Source of the DNA: Phoronis australis
Lineage: Eukaryota; Animalia; Phoronida
NCBI GenBank assembly: GCA_002633005.1
Contig: NMRA01000272.1
Coordinates: 499,817-563,816, forward strand
Length of the DNA: 64,000 nucleotides
Direction: 5' to 3'
Shown: positions 47,701 through 61,976 of the stretch, piece after piece
How the letters are laid out: each line of letters begins with the position of its first letter
How positions within the stretch are numbered: the first letter of the stretch is position 1
Translations under genes and position numbers: made by a program
The notes under the pieces: generated by a model
Told to the model about the DNA's origin: nothing
What the model saw: only the letters and a program-made list of their open reading frames with translations
Databases searched by the model: none

Positions 47701-49757
47701 ATCGTAGGGCAATTGTAATGCAAACCATGTTGCAAAAGTATTTTTTCATGACCATTTCATTGTAAAATGCTGCCTAATTGGAACCGACATGCCAATTTTT
47801 CATTTTGTGGTGGTTAGTTTTGATAAGAACATTGATGTGGTAAATACAGCTACCTCAAGTTTGTGAAGAAGAGATTTCCAGTGTTGTCAGCGATATTGCG
47901 AAATCACTTTTTCGCAGTGAGACTACATCACCTTAAATGTAATTCCCTGACTTTATGGGCTTTGTGTGGTTGACTCTGTCCTGTAGCAATTAGAGTGTTG
48001 AAAAGATCTAGAAGGCAATTTTTTATTAGAGTCATAATATTTGCACTTTTGACTGTACAATTATCTTTGCATTGTATTATCAAAACATATTCTGTAGTAC
48101 ACAAGTCTCTGGTTGGTATTTTATATTTTTTCACAAGGAATATTTTCAGCTTAGATGAGTTGTCTGTGAGGTAGGCAATTTTCAAATAAGATAATGAATA
48201 AAATTGTCAAACATTGTTTTATTTTTTAGATGTGTGATCTTCCAATAAGTGATTACTTTTAAAAAACCTGTGCAGAATTTGATTTTTACTCTTCATTTTA
48301 AGGAGAATAAATCCATAAACCTGCATTGTCTTGAAATTTTACTCAAACTACAGATTGGGTTGGGGATTGGAATCTTAATACAACAGAGTCTCTGAACCCG
48401 TACCATGAGCAATACAACACAATACACGGATATAAAAATTTGGTGTTTAGGTTCCACGGAAAGGATTCGTGTGCGCGGTAATAGTTACTAAGGTGCGTGG
48501 TCATTGTTTGTGGATACTTTGGGATTCCTCTTCTGTGGTCATCCACGGGAAACCTGGTCGCATAGAGAACAATAGATTAGCATCTTCATTGTTATAATAA
48601 AGATATAATGACGAGCACTTATCGGCAACGGTCTGATGTACGCAAGGTTCTATATCCATGCGACCTGTGTTGTTATATCCAACAGTGACACAACAATGGA
48701 AAACAATGATAGGACCGATGGGCGAAAAACATGCGACGAGTTGCCACAGACAGTGGTGGAGTTTGTCTTGTCATTCGAATGTTTTTAGAGAACTGCAAAC
48801 CCGGTATTTCGTCAGGAAAATTTCTGCGGTCTTTTGTTTTAAGTCGTGGGAAAAACTGCGGTCATGCCACCAAACTTATCATTCATTTGATATTACAATG
48901 CATTGCATGAACATTTGATCAACAGAAAATCTGACTTGAATATGTGTGAAGAAATACCCATGAGGAAATTGCAAAGTAAAACAACTGTAAATCAAAATAA
49001 CCTACATTTGTCGAGTTCATGTCTAACCCTGTTCACTGTGGAGGACATAATCGGCTTTTTACAAAATGGAGCCATGTATGGTATTTAGGGGTACTATAGC
49101 CCAAAGTGATCAGTAGTAAAACGTTCAAAACATTCAGGAGGAACTAACTTGTTGCAAAATATCGAAAAATATGAAGGACAATCGGATTTTACGGTGCTCA
49201 CGCATCGATCTCAGATATATGACAATTTCTCATTTTAGTACATTTGAGGTGCCAAAATGTATAACTAATAAACTGGCTGACAAAGTTTTTATTTTATGCA
49301 ATGAAAGTAACATGTTTTGTCAACATTTTGGCTAAGTTTCATTCTCATAGCAGTGGGGGCAGATTTGGTACAGCAGTGTACTGAACACAACCTCAAAATG
49401 GCATAACGGGGGGCAGTGTAGTAAAACTACTAAATGAGGGCGGTAAATCGGAATCGTGTTTCAAGACATCTGTGTAACAATCTATAGGCACCACTAAACA
49501 ATGCCAAGTGAATAATAAATCAATAGCTTTCATTCAAGGAAAAATATGAACAGTTAAAACTGGACAGTTTTTATACCGTGAAAACATGGCTGCGAAACCG
49601 TAAAATGTGTTTGAACCTATAACTTTAGAAAAACACAATATTTTGAGGAAATATTTTACCGCTGTTTATAGATCCCATAGGACTACATATGTGCCAAATT
49701 TGGTGAAAATCGGCTGACCCCCACCTTGCCGCTCATGGTTGGTGCTCTCGTGGACTA
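44727..49757. mobile_element. About 5-kb TIR DNA transposon, Academ-like, with decayed coding region
   Basis: TIRs YAGTCCACG...GCGGCAAGGTGGGGGTCAGCC at both ends; flanks GTAT/GTAC; no intact ORF. Family is inferred from the YAG termini. Confidence 0.7.
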
Positions 49758-49851
49758 GTACTTAAAACTTGATGTGAACGAACCATTTCCCACAACCCAA
49801 TGATCTTGTGTTGTCGCCATCTGGGGGGGCTCCAGCCCCCCAGCCCTCTAT

Positions 49852-51130
49852 TAGTCGGTGAGCCAGAATTTGTAGGGCCTCTAGAAAATGGTTTTTGTGA
49901 GTACTTTAGGGGGGCAATTTTATTTTGGTGTTTTTAATTCATATATTAGAGTGTTTTCAAAATCAAAAAATTCCCACGTATAAAGTTGCACATTTTTGAG
50001 AAATTTGAGTTTGAAGTTACCTAATAATCACCAAAGATCTTAGTAAACTTATATTTGTAAAAACAACGACTTTGGTGACTTTTTTGTAAAACAAGTGATA
50101 TGGTCCCATCAGTGCAATTGTATTGAACAATATTACACTCACATTACATGTTTTACTATTGTAGATTAATTGTAAACAGTGAAGTTTAAAAAATGTAAAG
50201 ACACCTAGTGGCAAAAATGCAAACTAAGTCTGAATGTTACTAGGAAGTTTTTCTGGCATTGTCTGGCAACAAAAATAACACAAAACACTTGAGGCTGGGC
50301 AGAATTTGTGCCCCAATGACTAAAACATTGACTAATGGTGTAAAATATAGCTTGTTTGCATAATACACCAGAAATACGTTATAGTACAAAAACAATATAG
50401 TTGAATGATCTCTGTGAATGTGCACACAGACTGTATGAAAATAATAGATTGTTCTGACAGCGTTTATCAAGCAGTATGAGACAAATACATAGCAATGATC
50501 AAAGCATGTACTTTCTATGACTTAATCAACAAATAAAATTAACTTTTTAACAACAAAAAAAAAACGAAATAACGGGGTTGGAGGTCTATTTAGGGTTGAC
50601 TTGGCAAAGGACTATCCAATGTTATGCAGTCAGTGTTGCTGATGTTACTGCAGTTGTCACAGCTGCACACTTCTGTACAGTTTGACCCAGCATTGCTGCA
50701 CAAACTCAGTTTCCCAGCACACATGTTCTTTTTGCACTTGTAGCGTTCATCGTTTAGTACTGTCAATGGAGATGCGGACATTTTAACTGCAAAGCTCCAC
50801 CGCCAAGGAGCCAACTATGGTCGATTAGAGAGGGTACAGCACCGTAAAATCTTGCTTTAGTTTTGAAAGGCAAATGACATCTCTATGTGTTAGAAACTTT
50901 GATTCAATGAACTCCAAACAAAACTGTAGAAAAACATCTCTGAAAACTGTGGATTCGTCACGCTTCACAATCGTTGTCTTTCTATTTTTTATAGCATGAT
51001 GATCTGTGGTACTTGGCTTCTAAGGCACAAGGTCTTTATCTTTGAATTTCATTTGCATATTCAGGGCTCTGGACTGAGCTGTTGCTTGCGATACAAGTCC
51101 AACTGAAAAAAAACCCGAACTGTTAACACT
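49852..51130 (-). mobile_element. Second Academ-like remnant with a C-terminal Cys-rich zinc finger
   Basis: TAG terminus at 49852; YKCKKNMCAGKLSLCSNAGSNCTEVCSCDNCSN at about 50750-50640; right boundary approximate. Confidence 0.55.
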
Positions 51131-52699
51131 AATTTAACATTTACTACTATGAGTGAGTTGGCATGTAACTTTTTCAGACGGACTTATCAGGAACTGATCC
51201 ACCACCATCCTAACAAATTTACATGCCGTCTGATCTGTCGCCTAAAAATGTTGATCGTCTAATAATTAGATTGGTTAATGCAACTGAAAATAAATCAGCT
51301 GATATACCAGTGCAGTGATTGAAATTTATTTTTTTTAAATCAGATGCTCACACCGTAGTCAATCGATTTACACTTAAGGTAATCGACATTTGACGAAATG
51401 GACAGTGGCTTCCATCGTCCTCAAATTACGACGGCGACGATGGCCACTTAGGCATTCTAATTTAATTATCATTGCAGCTACCTAAGTAATTAATGTTTAC
51501 AAAGAATTGAGAAGAGGTTCCCCCTATCCCAGGACTACGGCCACTTGGGCATGTTGTTTGCAACCATCTACTCCACTTAACCTTCTCAAAAATTTTTGAC
51601 TTAAAGTGCAAAATCCATTTTTAAATTTGTACGTTTTGAATTTGTGAGGAAAAAACGGCTATTTTTCAGGTTTTCACTGAAGCCATTTTCGGCCACATTT
51701 GGCACTCTTTAGCAGCCATAACACACTTTTCCTGGAATTGACTTTATAATAATTTGTTCAGTCATTCCTAACCTGCTCATAATCTAAAATAAAAAATCTT
51801 GCCTCTAATGTAGGTTTTGCGTACGAAGCATTATACGAACTGCACTTCGTCATTTTGCATGTTCTCAGTTGCCTCTGCTGCCAATAGGGTGCTCTTGGAA
51901 CATATAATTAGCTTGCGAAACACGACATAAAAACTTTGTATTTTGGAGAAAAGGCAGACAGCATTATTAATTACCATTCTATGAAAACGGCATTGATGAT
52001 TATTACTTATTACAAAAATGTGTACGTAAATCAACTGGCATGCGTGCTTCTAAATGATAGATGGCGCTGCTTTTGTTTACGTGGAGACTGAAGACGCATC
52101 TAGAATAAGAGCAGTAACACGAGGACCTTGCTACAATTCAAGACTTCGCGAGATATTGCCCTGTATTTTAAATGAGAACACGTGGTTTTGGATAAATTTT
52201 AGAGAGGTTCTAGTGTTACTGAACTCACCCCTGCCTTGTTTTATATCTGCCTTGTTCGTGCCACAGGCAAAGGAAGGCACCCAAGGTGGATATGGCCCCC
52301 TAGTGTTCAGTGCAAAAATCCTTCAACTTGTCAATAGTCATTGTAACTTTGGGTTCATATTGTAATTTCCCTGCCGGTTGCTACAAATTTTAGTCGCCAC
52401 AAGTCGCCAGAAATCTGGTGTTCCACCCACACACACACCGGGCACCCTAACGCTGAATATTTCTGCCAGTGTGATCATCAGTGGTATAAAAATGTACACA
52501 TTCACAGTCAATAGAAAATAATTCACGAAAGACAATTTTATTAATGAGTACTTCATGACAGACGTGAAGTAAACAGAAGTAACGGTCTCGACTTCATATA
52601 TCACACATCGTTGACTGGTATGCTACAAAACTAGGCTAAACGTTGAGCTCATTTACCACTTCATTCAGTAAATCTGACGACATAACAGCATCTTCAGCA

Positions 52700-54802
52700 G
52701 AAATAGCATCGTTATAAACATTGCTGCAGACAACCTCGAAAAAATCCACCAATCTGCGATTCACTTAACATCACAGGTAAACACTTTCACAGTGGGTTCT
52801 CGTAATGTTTTCTCCATTTTGGCACTTCCGAGGGTGAAAGTTTTTACCTGACATCTCCTTCATCGAATGTGTTCGTAAGAAAGTTCTTATTAATAACCTT
52901 TTATAAAAATCTTGTTGACCTTTTACCTTTTTTCAATGCCGAACCTATTGCTTCAGCATTCGTCTCATCCACATTGTACTCTGAGGCTGCCTCAAATGAC
53001 GCTCCGGTTCTTGCATCTGAAAGCATTTCTGACGACTGTCGTGCGATGTGGTCATACGTGTTCAGTGTGGTTACCCACATCCAAATGCCGACCTAGTTCT
53101 GCGTCTGTAGCAAAAAAATTCGAGTAACCTTGCTGGGTACAAGGGAACTTTTGTTGAGGCTCTTCACTAGATACAATGCCAACCTTAAGTCTTGGTGTTG
53201 AAAATCCGCCATGTCTAGAGATGTCAGTGTATTTTAGAGAAATAGGTTTCCCATTTTCTCAGTATTTGTAAGAACTTACCGTCAGCTACATGGAATGATT
53301 TCCACACGCGAATTCCTTGGGTGGAATAGTGGGAATTTGGGAATGTCCTTATACCAAGAACTGAGTATTTTGGAAAAGACTTTGTTGCATTGACTGAACA
53401 TGCATACACATAACATCCCTTCACACGGCCACTGGAAAGTGGTGGTTTTTTCAAATCCAGAAAGTTTATGATATTATTACTTTCGGCTACAAAGTACTTT
53501 GCATGTTGTTTGAGTGGAGCGATCTTGCGATCACAGAGATCCTTTCCATTCTGACTTTCACTAAAGTCATATCTCGAAACAGAAATGTCGGTAGAATTTG
53601 ACAAGGCTGCTACGTTCAGGAGGAGAGAAGCAGAGTGGTAACATCCAGCATTACCTGACTCTTCCATGACTGGTCCTGTTCAGTCAGAAATTCACCGACT
53701 CTGAGTAGTACGAGTCCGTACACTGGCACAGGCCTTGATTTGTGACGTAGTTTCTTGTATCTCAAATGTTCAGTGGTGTCTTTGACATAACTCACTAAAG
53801 CACAAAGCTTTTGTGATTTTTTACAGAATAAACTCTAAAGGAACATGAAGGCCCATCGACATCGTCCGCCATTTTGTCTTTTTAAAATGCACTTGCTTCT
53901 CTCAAAACCAGTCATTACAATTAATTCAATTCTTACTCGTTTAATCTTAAAGGCATTAATTTCCATTCAAAAGTTCTACAGAGTGTTTAAATTAACCTGA
54001 TTATGTAAAAGAAATGAAAGAATACAAGAGGGTTACACGTACATTTTTTATAAATCCTCAAGCTTAAGCTCAACTGACTCCCTCAGTGGGCAAAGGTCAT
54101 CGGGTTCAGTTTTGATACTAGCCGCGTAATATACCCGGAAAACATCTTGTTTTCATTTGAAAGAGTTTAGACTTGGTTTCTATAACTATTTAAGGCAGAC
54201 TTCTTGCCCAAAAGTTTGTTCAAATGGTCTGTAAACTCTGCTCGTCATTTCCAAACTATTAAAATAGACAGTTTTGCAAGACAATTTTCACTAAAGTGCA
54301 AAGTTGAGGCAAGAATTTTTATTGCTCAGTCACCAAGACTAACTCTTTAACTGTATGTTCAAAACGTCACATAAGGCTACAAGCAAGGTGTTTTATGGCA
54401 GTAAGAAGGTCACAAAAATGGCCACTAAAATTAGCCTCAAAAAGTGGTCTGTGGATTATCTCCCCTGTCAAGCACAAAACTGTTAGCTTTTAATAAATGG
54501 CACAGAATTATGCACAGTATACGTTAGTTATTTCAGCCACTAAAATATAGCTTTTGATATATTTTGTATGTTACTCATTTTTGTTGCTGAAAACATGCGA
54601 TTTTTGAGACGGCTAATATGCCCAATTGTGCCAATTTGTGTTATCATGCTCCAAGAGCGAAATTAGGGGTCATTGAGTGCACAAAATTTGGCATTTGGGT
54701 TTTTGTTAGGATACCTATCCATGTACAAAAAATGAAGTTGTTTTAAATTTTGACGTATAGACTGATTTTTGAAAATCTACTGGTTTTTATATGGACTGCC
54801 TC
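52700..54802 (-). mobile_element. Sola3-like DNA transposon remnant (transposase C-terminal half)
   Basis: NAGCYH...YDFSESQNGKDLCDRKIAPLK (ORF 53667-53224); downstream FPC...HLDVGNH; one terminus TTAA|GAGGCAGTCC at 54802. Confidence 0.65.
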
Positions 54803-55643
54803 TTAATTAGTTTTCATCCTGCCACTACTCTTCAACGAACTTCCAAGCAAAACACCTTTGCAACTCTTAGTGTACTATTTGGGTGTTGCTGATGTGTTTG
54901 CATTTTGTGTTAAGTAACAACAGCTTAGAGATAACAGTACGTTTATAGTCTATAAAACTCTTCGGGATTACCGCAGTGAAATAACCAATAGGTTTTTAAT
55001 AAATGGAACGAGTATGAATCGTTATACAATGGTTCAACTGTAAACAATTTTGGCCAAGAATCTTATACTGATATGCTTCTCAAAAACAGATCTTGAGGCT
55101 TTACATAATCTTGACTTTAAACAGATTGAACAGAAACAGAATGCGATTAAGATACAGTACTTTGCATTCAGTTAAACATGTGCCTTCTTAAGAACGTTTT
55201 ATAACTTGCATTAGTTCAATGTAACATTTATGATACCCTAGTCTGGACATCGTTTGCCATTTCACAGTTGTTGCATGGGTGATTAAAAGAGAGGTAGTCG
55301 GGGGGGGGGGGTTAGTCGTTCACTCTGAGAATGCTTTTGGAAGAGGAATCTTCTGCACCCATCTTGTGACGTGAATCTAAAGTTCACAGGGAATTTTACA
55401 GATCGACGCGGATCGATCGTGCATTTTTTACCCAGAGAATAAATTACCGTTATGCGTCTGGCATTAAAACATATTTCGTGATGTTCACAATTTGTCAGCT
55501 TGAGAGCACGTGATCGGAAGATAGCGGTAAAATGAGATTTCGGGTCGCTGAGGGCATGGCTAACTTCACGGTCCACTGTCTGTCATAATCTAGTTTTTAC
55601 ATCAAACGAAGCATGGTCTTAATGGAGTGTCATTTTAAACACA

Positions 55644-55830
55644 CCCAGTAAACATGACAGTATTGGCCCAGTACTGGATGTATGTTGCTTGATAACGCTT
55701 GTACCGTATGCCGGTTTACGTTTCTGGGCCACTAATGGCCCAGTACCGTCCAACGACACTAACCCAGTGAACCCTTCCCTTACCGAATCGCCGATATTGG
55801 CCCAATATCGTTTAAGCCGGTAAACACGGA
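55644..55830 (+). mobile_element. End of an EnSpm/CACTA-like non-autonomous element
   Basis: CCCAGTAAACA terminus followed by repeated tggcccagta subterminal motifs. Confidence 0.45.
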
Positions 55831-57914
55831 CTTGATCACAAGAGGGCAGTTAGAGGCTTGCCCACAGGAGGGCCAGGCTTACTATTTTAACGCTAAAAAC
55901 GTTTTTCTTTAAAAAATTACCATCAAATGTTTGACAATAAAATTTTCAATTTTCATAAAAATACTTAATTGCCAGCAGATGTATTAGAGTGTAATTTTAT
56001 TTTTTAAATGAAAATTTCCACCAGATGACCCTCATGAAAAAACCGCCAATTTGAGAAAAGCGAAGGTTGTTTTTGAGGTCCAAATTGGTGAAAAGGGTAT
56101 CACTTTAGACAATTTCGTGGAAAATGGTCAAATGGTCACAATTATAAACCACATTATGTCAGGAAAACTTCAGTGTGAATCTCGGCGCGGGCGAACACCA
56201 TTCAGAATCGATGATGCTGTTTCATTCATTAACAACAGGTGACGTTGTAATCTTGAGTTGAGCTAACATGGCGGTGTCAACCGGGAAACAGTGCGAATCG
56301 AAATTTGAGGATAAAATACGGTGCACAAGCGGTAGGGGAAACATTCATACATTTTTGGTAAGATACTGTAACGTTGCGAGGAATCGAATGATACCAAAAT
56401 CATGTGTGTTGGTCAATGTCGTCATATTGTAAACAATTACCTATAATATGTAGGAAACCATAGCTTACTGTGTTCCTAAAGCAAAAAAGTCTTTCACAAG
56501 TGGGTTAAGAAGATGGGATCGACACCAAACTACAAACTATTCTATTTTGCACGAGCAAGAAAACAAAAATTGAAAAAATTACCATCGAAGTAGTTTTTTT
56601 CAACTTGTGACAGGACATTTTTGCCCCTTAAGCTAAGCTGAAAAAGTGGCGTTTTAAAAAGGGAGCAACTTAGTACCTTGAAAATGACAAAACACTTCAA
56701 GAATTACTATGTCTTAGTGAAAATGTTTCTTTTGCTCCAAAAGATTTTGAAATAATTCTGAAAAAGGAAAATTGCATAACAAATAAATTCATAATTAACA
56801 AAAACCACAAACATAGTCCTTTTCAGAGTATTTCGTTATTTTTAAAAAAACCTGTGAGGTTATGTGAATTATTATTCTTTTTCCCAATGTTTTCACAATC
56901 TTATGTTGCACAGCATTTGATAAAAATGATAATATATATTTTTCATTAAACAATATTTGATTGGATCCTTAAAGTTTAAAGAATTTTAAATCAATTTCAT
57001 TCCTATCAAATAATATAGAAACTGAGGGGTGTCTAGTTGTGTTGGTGACTTTCCGAAAAGAGTATATTCGTATTTTAAGATGTTTTAATGTTCTGCAGCG
57101 TTTAGTGAACATTTCTTGTAATGAAAAATGTAATTTTCTAAAAATAAAACTAATCCCAACACCACCAAGAGGTAGGAAAGTAACAAAAATAGTTTTGAAG
57201 AAAATAGAAAAAAGACTCTATCTTCAAAACTGAAGTTAATTTGAATTTTAAAAATATTCTACTCTATTTTAATGAAAATATTCACCAGTTTTGACTGGTT
57301 CTGTAAAGAACATTTGCCCACCAATTAGGATCGAATTTAGTTTGAAACCTGGAAAGATCAACATGGTTCTTGAAAAATAACTGAAATTATCTTTTTAGAA
57401 GTGTTCCTAAATGGAAATGGTGATATAAAGTGAAAAAAGTACATTTTCTCATATTTTTGTCAAAAAATAAAAAGTGTACACTCACGGTTGAAAGCAGAGT
57501 TTTTAGCAGTTCAATATGAATGTCATTAAAATCGGTTCAGTAACGGTCATTTATCAGCTGAAAATTTGACTCCTACGGTAAGTCACAAGAATTTACCGGT
57601 GAGTGAAAAATATGTGAGTGTTGGCTTTACTTCAATTTTTAAAAATACTCATTAATGCCCAAATATTTGTAATGGATACCAATAGAAAGAAGAAAAAATA
57701 AATATTTCACTGGCATACTTTTCATTTTCCACCACTTTGAGTAATAATTGATATGAGCTTGTGAATATCATGAAAAATGGTAAAATGTCACTCTTGTTGA
57801 ATTTCCGCCATATTGGATTGCTCACCCTAACTTAAAAATATACGCATCGGCTTTCTCGGAACATTTTTGTGTGCTTAATTTGACCGCAGATTTTTTGCAA
57901 ACTCGCTGGAGCAG

Positions 57915-58530
57915 GACACCTTGAATGGTGTTAAAAGAAAGAACAATTGCAAATGGTTTGTTGAAACCCTATTTTGTGTAAATTTATTGAGTTTTGTGTT
58001 TAATGAGGTCGACTGAAGTGAAGCACCCGTGGAATTCCTTGTCCCGTGTGTCATACCTTGTAGTATTATATACTGAAGCTGAGGACACCTTTGAATTGGT
58101 CATGGTTTGCTGAACCCTTGTTTTGTGTACATTTATTGAGTTTTGAGTTTGATATGGACGGCTGTAGTGACCAAGTGAAGCACACATGACATTTTTAGTC
58201 CTGAGTGTCATACTGTGTGGTATATATTTATAGTGTATTGGGTAGGATCAGAAGCTGAGGGCGTGTGCTAGTTATACCACAGGCGTCCTCAGCCTCTGAG
58301 TCTGACCGTACCAAATATAATACAAAAAGGTCGGACACTCGATTTTTGTGTGAAGTGAAGCACTCATGGAATTCCTAGTTCCGAGTGTCAAGCCTTGTGG
58401 TATTATATACAGTGTATTGAGGATGATCAGAAGCTGAGGATGCCTGTGATTTACAACACGGTCCTAGGAATTTCACAATTACCCATAAGTTAACCATATA
58501 ATAAACATAAAAGGTTGGACACTAAGAATT
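57915..58530. repeat. Degenerate 150-180 bp tandem array with an internal hairpin
   Basis: aagtgaagcac...gtgtca...gaagctgagg unit at about 58016, 58173 and 58353; inverted arm at about 58278-58341. Confidence 0.7.
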
Positions 58531-61500
58531 TGCCAAGCCTAGGCTGCCATCTTCAACTGTTCTAAATCCAAGTAAAATCTGTGTGCACCTCTCTCAGACT
58601 GGTATTTAATAAACAGGGATATTCCTGACCAAATTTGAACCTGTGCCCTTTTAGTGCCCCTGATGATAAAAAGTGTCTTTTTTCAAAAAGTTGTGTCCGG
58701 CAGACTTGATGTAATTAAGTGGTAACATATGAAACAAACCTCAAGGGCATTGAAAATTAGAACACAGTCATGCTCACTTAAAAGCTGTAAACAGGAAATG
58801 GTGAGTGACGTCATTGGTTATCGAGGAACAGATAAACTCAAGTGTCTGGATTATATTTGCCAGTTTCGCGCCAGCATGACTCTATTTGACTTTTTTGAAG
58901 TAGGATAACAAAGAATATTTCTAGCTAAGCAATTGAAAATAGCTCCTGTGCATCAGTTTTCATGAAACACCTGCTAGTATAGAAAAATTTAGAACATTGC
59001 GAGGCTGAGACACCGCCTGTAAGGGTGTGTGTCTTGGGGGGGGGGTTCCTCTTTGATTGAATTTTTTGTTTATTTTCGTAACTCTTTTTAAGGCTTTCTC
59101 CGTAAAATTAGTTAACTACAGAGTTTACATACATGTGGCTGATCTAGGGATGAAGTGAACTTAAAAAATTGCTTCTGTAAGCTGTTTCTCCCATGCAAAG
59201 TTGCTTAACTTAAGTTTGAATTCGACCTCCGGAACTGTGCTGTAGGGCTTTAAAGATGGTTATGAACTTCCATCAATTTTTTATATGCCCATTTTACATC
59301 ATAATCCAAAACAATGCGGGCTATTGGTTATTTTATGAAACGTAAACAATCCCCGTTTTGTTGCTGTGTTTACCTCTTTGACAACATTGCTGAACTCAGC
59401 CTCGTCTCCAGCCACAACATGGTGCTGATCAGTTAAGGTACTTGAGGCTTGGTAATGAGAAATGAAACGTGTCAGAATTTTTACAGAAATCATGGACAAG
59501 CTTCAGTTGATATAAAGGTTCAAGATAAGATCTCTGCCAGTTTGCTAAAATATTTATTCCGCGCTTTTGTTTCTGGGAACCTGAGAGTTTTTCATGAAAA
59601 TCACGAATCAAAGCACTATATTTTAGATTGTATAAACTAGGCCCCTACCACAACCTGGTGTACATCGTCAACATATTTGTACACAAATCGCGGTATGTAG
59701 AATCCTTCGAAATCAAGAACACTGGTCCAGCTTCTTTTGTGTGGATCGAGCAAGGCAATTACCGCATAAGCTATCACTTCAGAATAAGAAGCTGGTTGGA
59801 TTATTATGAAATATTGTGGACTAAAATTGGTAATTTTTCGATCTGCTTGACTTCTGAAATTGAGTTTCCGCGATACCAGTTGATGAAAGTAGGTACACTA
59901 GGTACCTGGAAAAACTAATTTGGTTTATAACTTGTGCCGGAGCCTTAACATTGTTCAGTCGTGAGACCGCTTCACAGTAGATTGCGTTGTAATCCAATCT
60001 TGAAAACCACTTCCGGCGGGAGTTAACACTGTATGAGAACTATGTGCAATGTAAACTCTCATTCAAATTCTACTATCAGCCATTTGTGAGACATGATGCT
60101 CCGAAGATAGACAAAGTTGGACATTTGTCTAGAGTCAAGTGAGAGATAGTTGAGAAAATAGCGGATGCCAAATCGATGTCCATTGAACGTGACCATCAAC
60201 TTGTTGATTCAGTTCGTGTCTCTTTTCCACGCCTTGACGTGAACTGTTAGCTCTACAATCATTCACTCGAGGCAGATATGAGAGCTCGTAGCTCTTCGTT
60301 TACGGTTGCCATAACCTCTGTTTACACACTGCTGCAGCGTACAAGTTGTAGAGTAGGTGTTTTTACACCACAGTTCGAGATGATAAGTCGAAAACGATTT
60401 CTCGGTCAAAAGTATAATTTTTTTTTTCTAAAAGTAGAAGTGTTCTGGAATTTGAAATAGGCACATTCATAGCAAAGCAACGATATGAGTAACATGACCC
60501 AGTTCCGCTTGGTATCAATGTTCACGATGTTACAGTTTCCTAAGTTATCCCTTCCTTTTGGTGATATGGAACTCGTGTAGTTATAATTAGCTCGCTAGAA
60601 CTGTGGAACGAGACTGTAACACTGCCACGGAAATGGACGAAAACTAGTGTGTCGTAACTTCTTGGAAGGAAGCTGTTTTTATGCCTCTTTTTACTACTAC
60701 AATGAACACGACGTGAGAAAACTGCCGTTGTGTGGAAATGCCAACATACCAAATAATAAAGTTTGACTGCAACCCCACAACTAGGGCAGGTTAATTTATC
60801 ACGAACGGACAAAAAGTGCACATGGAACCATATTGGCAAAACTCGAGCATTCAGAAAATTCAAATTTGAAAATTTGAAGGGACAGCTTCCGTTGATTAAC
60901 TTTTTCTTTATTTATCCAATTAAATCGACAATTAGAGTGTTTGAGACACCCCGACACACGCGTTACCCTCCTGATGGCACTGAAATGCTAACACGTAATA
61001 AGATTGGCTGTGCTTTACGGATTCTTCCTAAATTAGTAAATATGTTGATCATCCTATGTTGTAAAACTGGTAAAAAAATAGGTAATGTTATTGTTAAGAC
61101 TCAAGGTCATGTCATAATAATTGTAATGCAATATAATTAAGCACCTCTGTGAAAATTTCGGTGCATATCAACACACGAATATTAGAGCCCACTCGTCTAA
61201 TCTTTGAAATCGAAATCAAAAACTCAAAGTTATAATATCTCACATTTTCGCAATACTTATGTGCGAACACAAGCCAAGTGTTCATTACCTTGTATTCACT
61301 ATGTTATGGTCTTGACGCGGATGAGTATCTAGTCTTAGTGCACAACAGCTGACCCCTAGAACTGAGGTACAGTACAATCTTGAGTAAAAGCTTGCAAATT
61401 CCAATTAGAGGCCGATATTTAAAGTTCAGACTGGAAAGCATGGCTTTAGTGCTTGGATTATAATATGCACACCAGAATCAAACAGTCATCCACTTAAAGT

Positions 61501-61976
61501 GCAAAATATACATTTATCTGACGTCGCACGAATGAAGGCAGAACGTAAATTGCCAATAATAGTTTAGAGTTCGATTTCGAGTACAACTGAATGACACCCC
61601 GGGCCCAGGTATCACCTGTCTCGGTCTTTGTTTCATTTTGTACATACTTTGTAATTGCCAGTCATGACTCAGAGATTTTCATTTATTAACCATGTTTAAA
61701 GAACATTATTTTAGAAGTCTTCGTTATGTTGGTTTGATCTAAAATCCCTTTCAGCCGAAGTTTTTCTTTAAATGAAGCGGGCAGAGTGTCTTAAAAACGT
61801 GACAGTGATAACCGGCTGATTTCAACTGAGGTAAGGAACCGAAGAGTTTGACTTGTCTTCGCTGTAAGTGTTGATACGTGAAGGAGGTGGTATAGTGACA
61901 ACAGCGAATATGCCACAGGACACTATAAACGTTTTTAAAAAGTCGCACTCCTGTTTACCGCAGCTTATGCACTCAC

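Noticed and set aside
59640-59890. Open - strand frame ending ...FVYKYVDDVHQ (RT-like YVDD, or an extra exon)
   Set aside because: No other RT motifs and no splice phases linking it to neighbouring exons; left unassigned.
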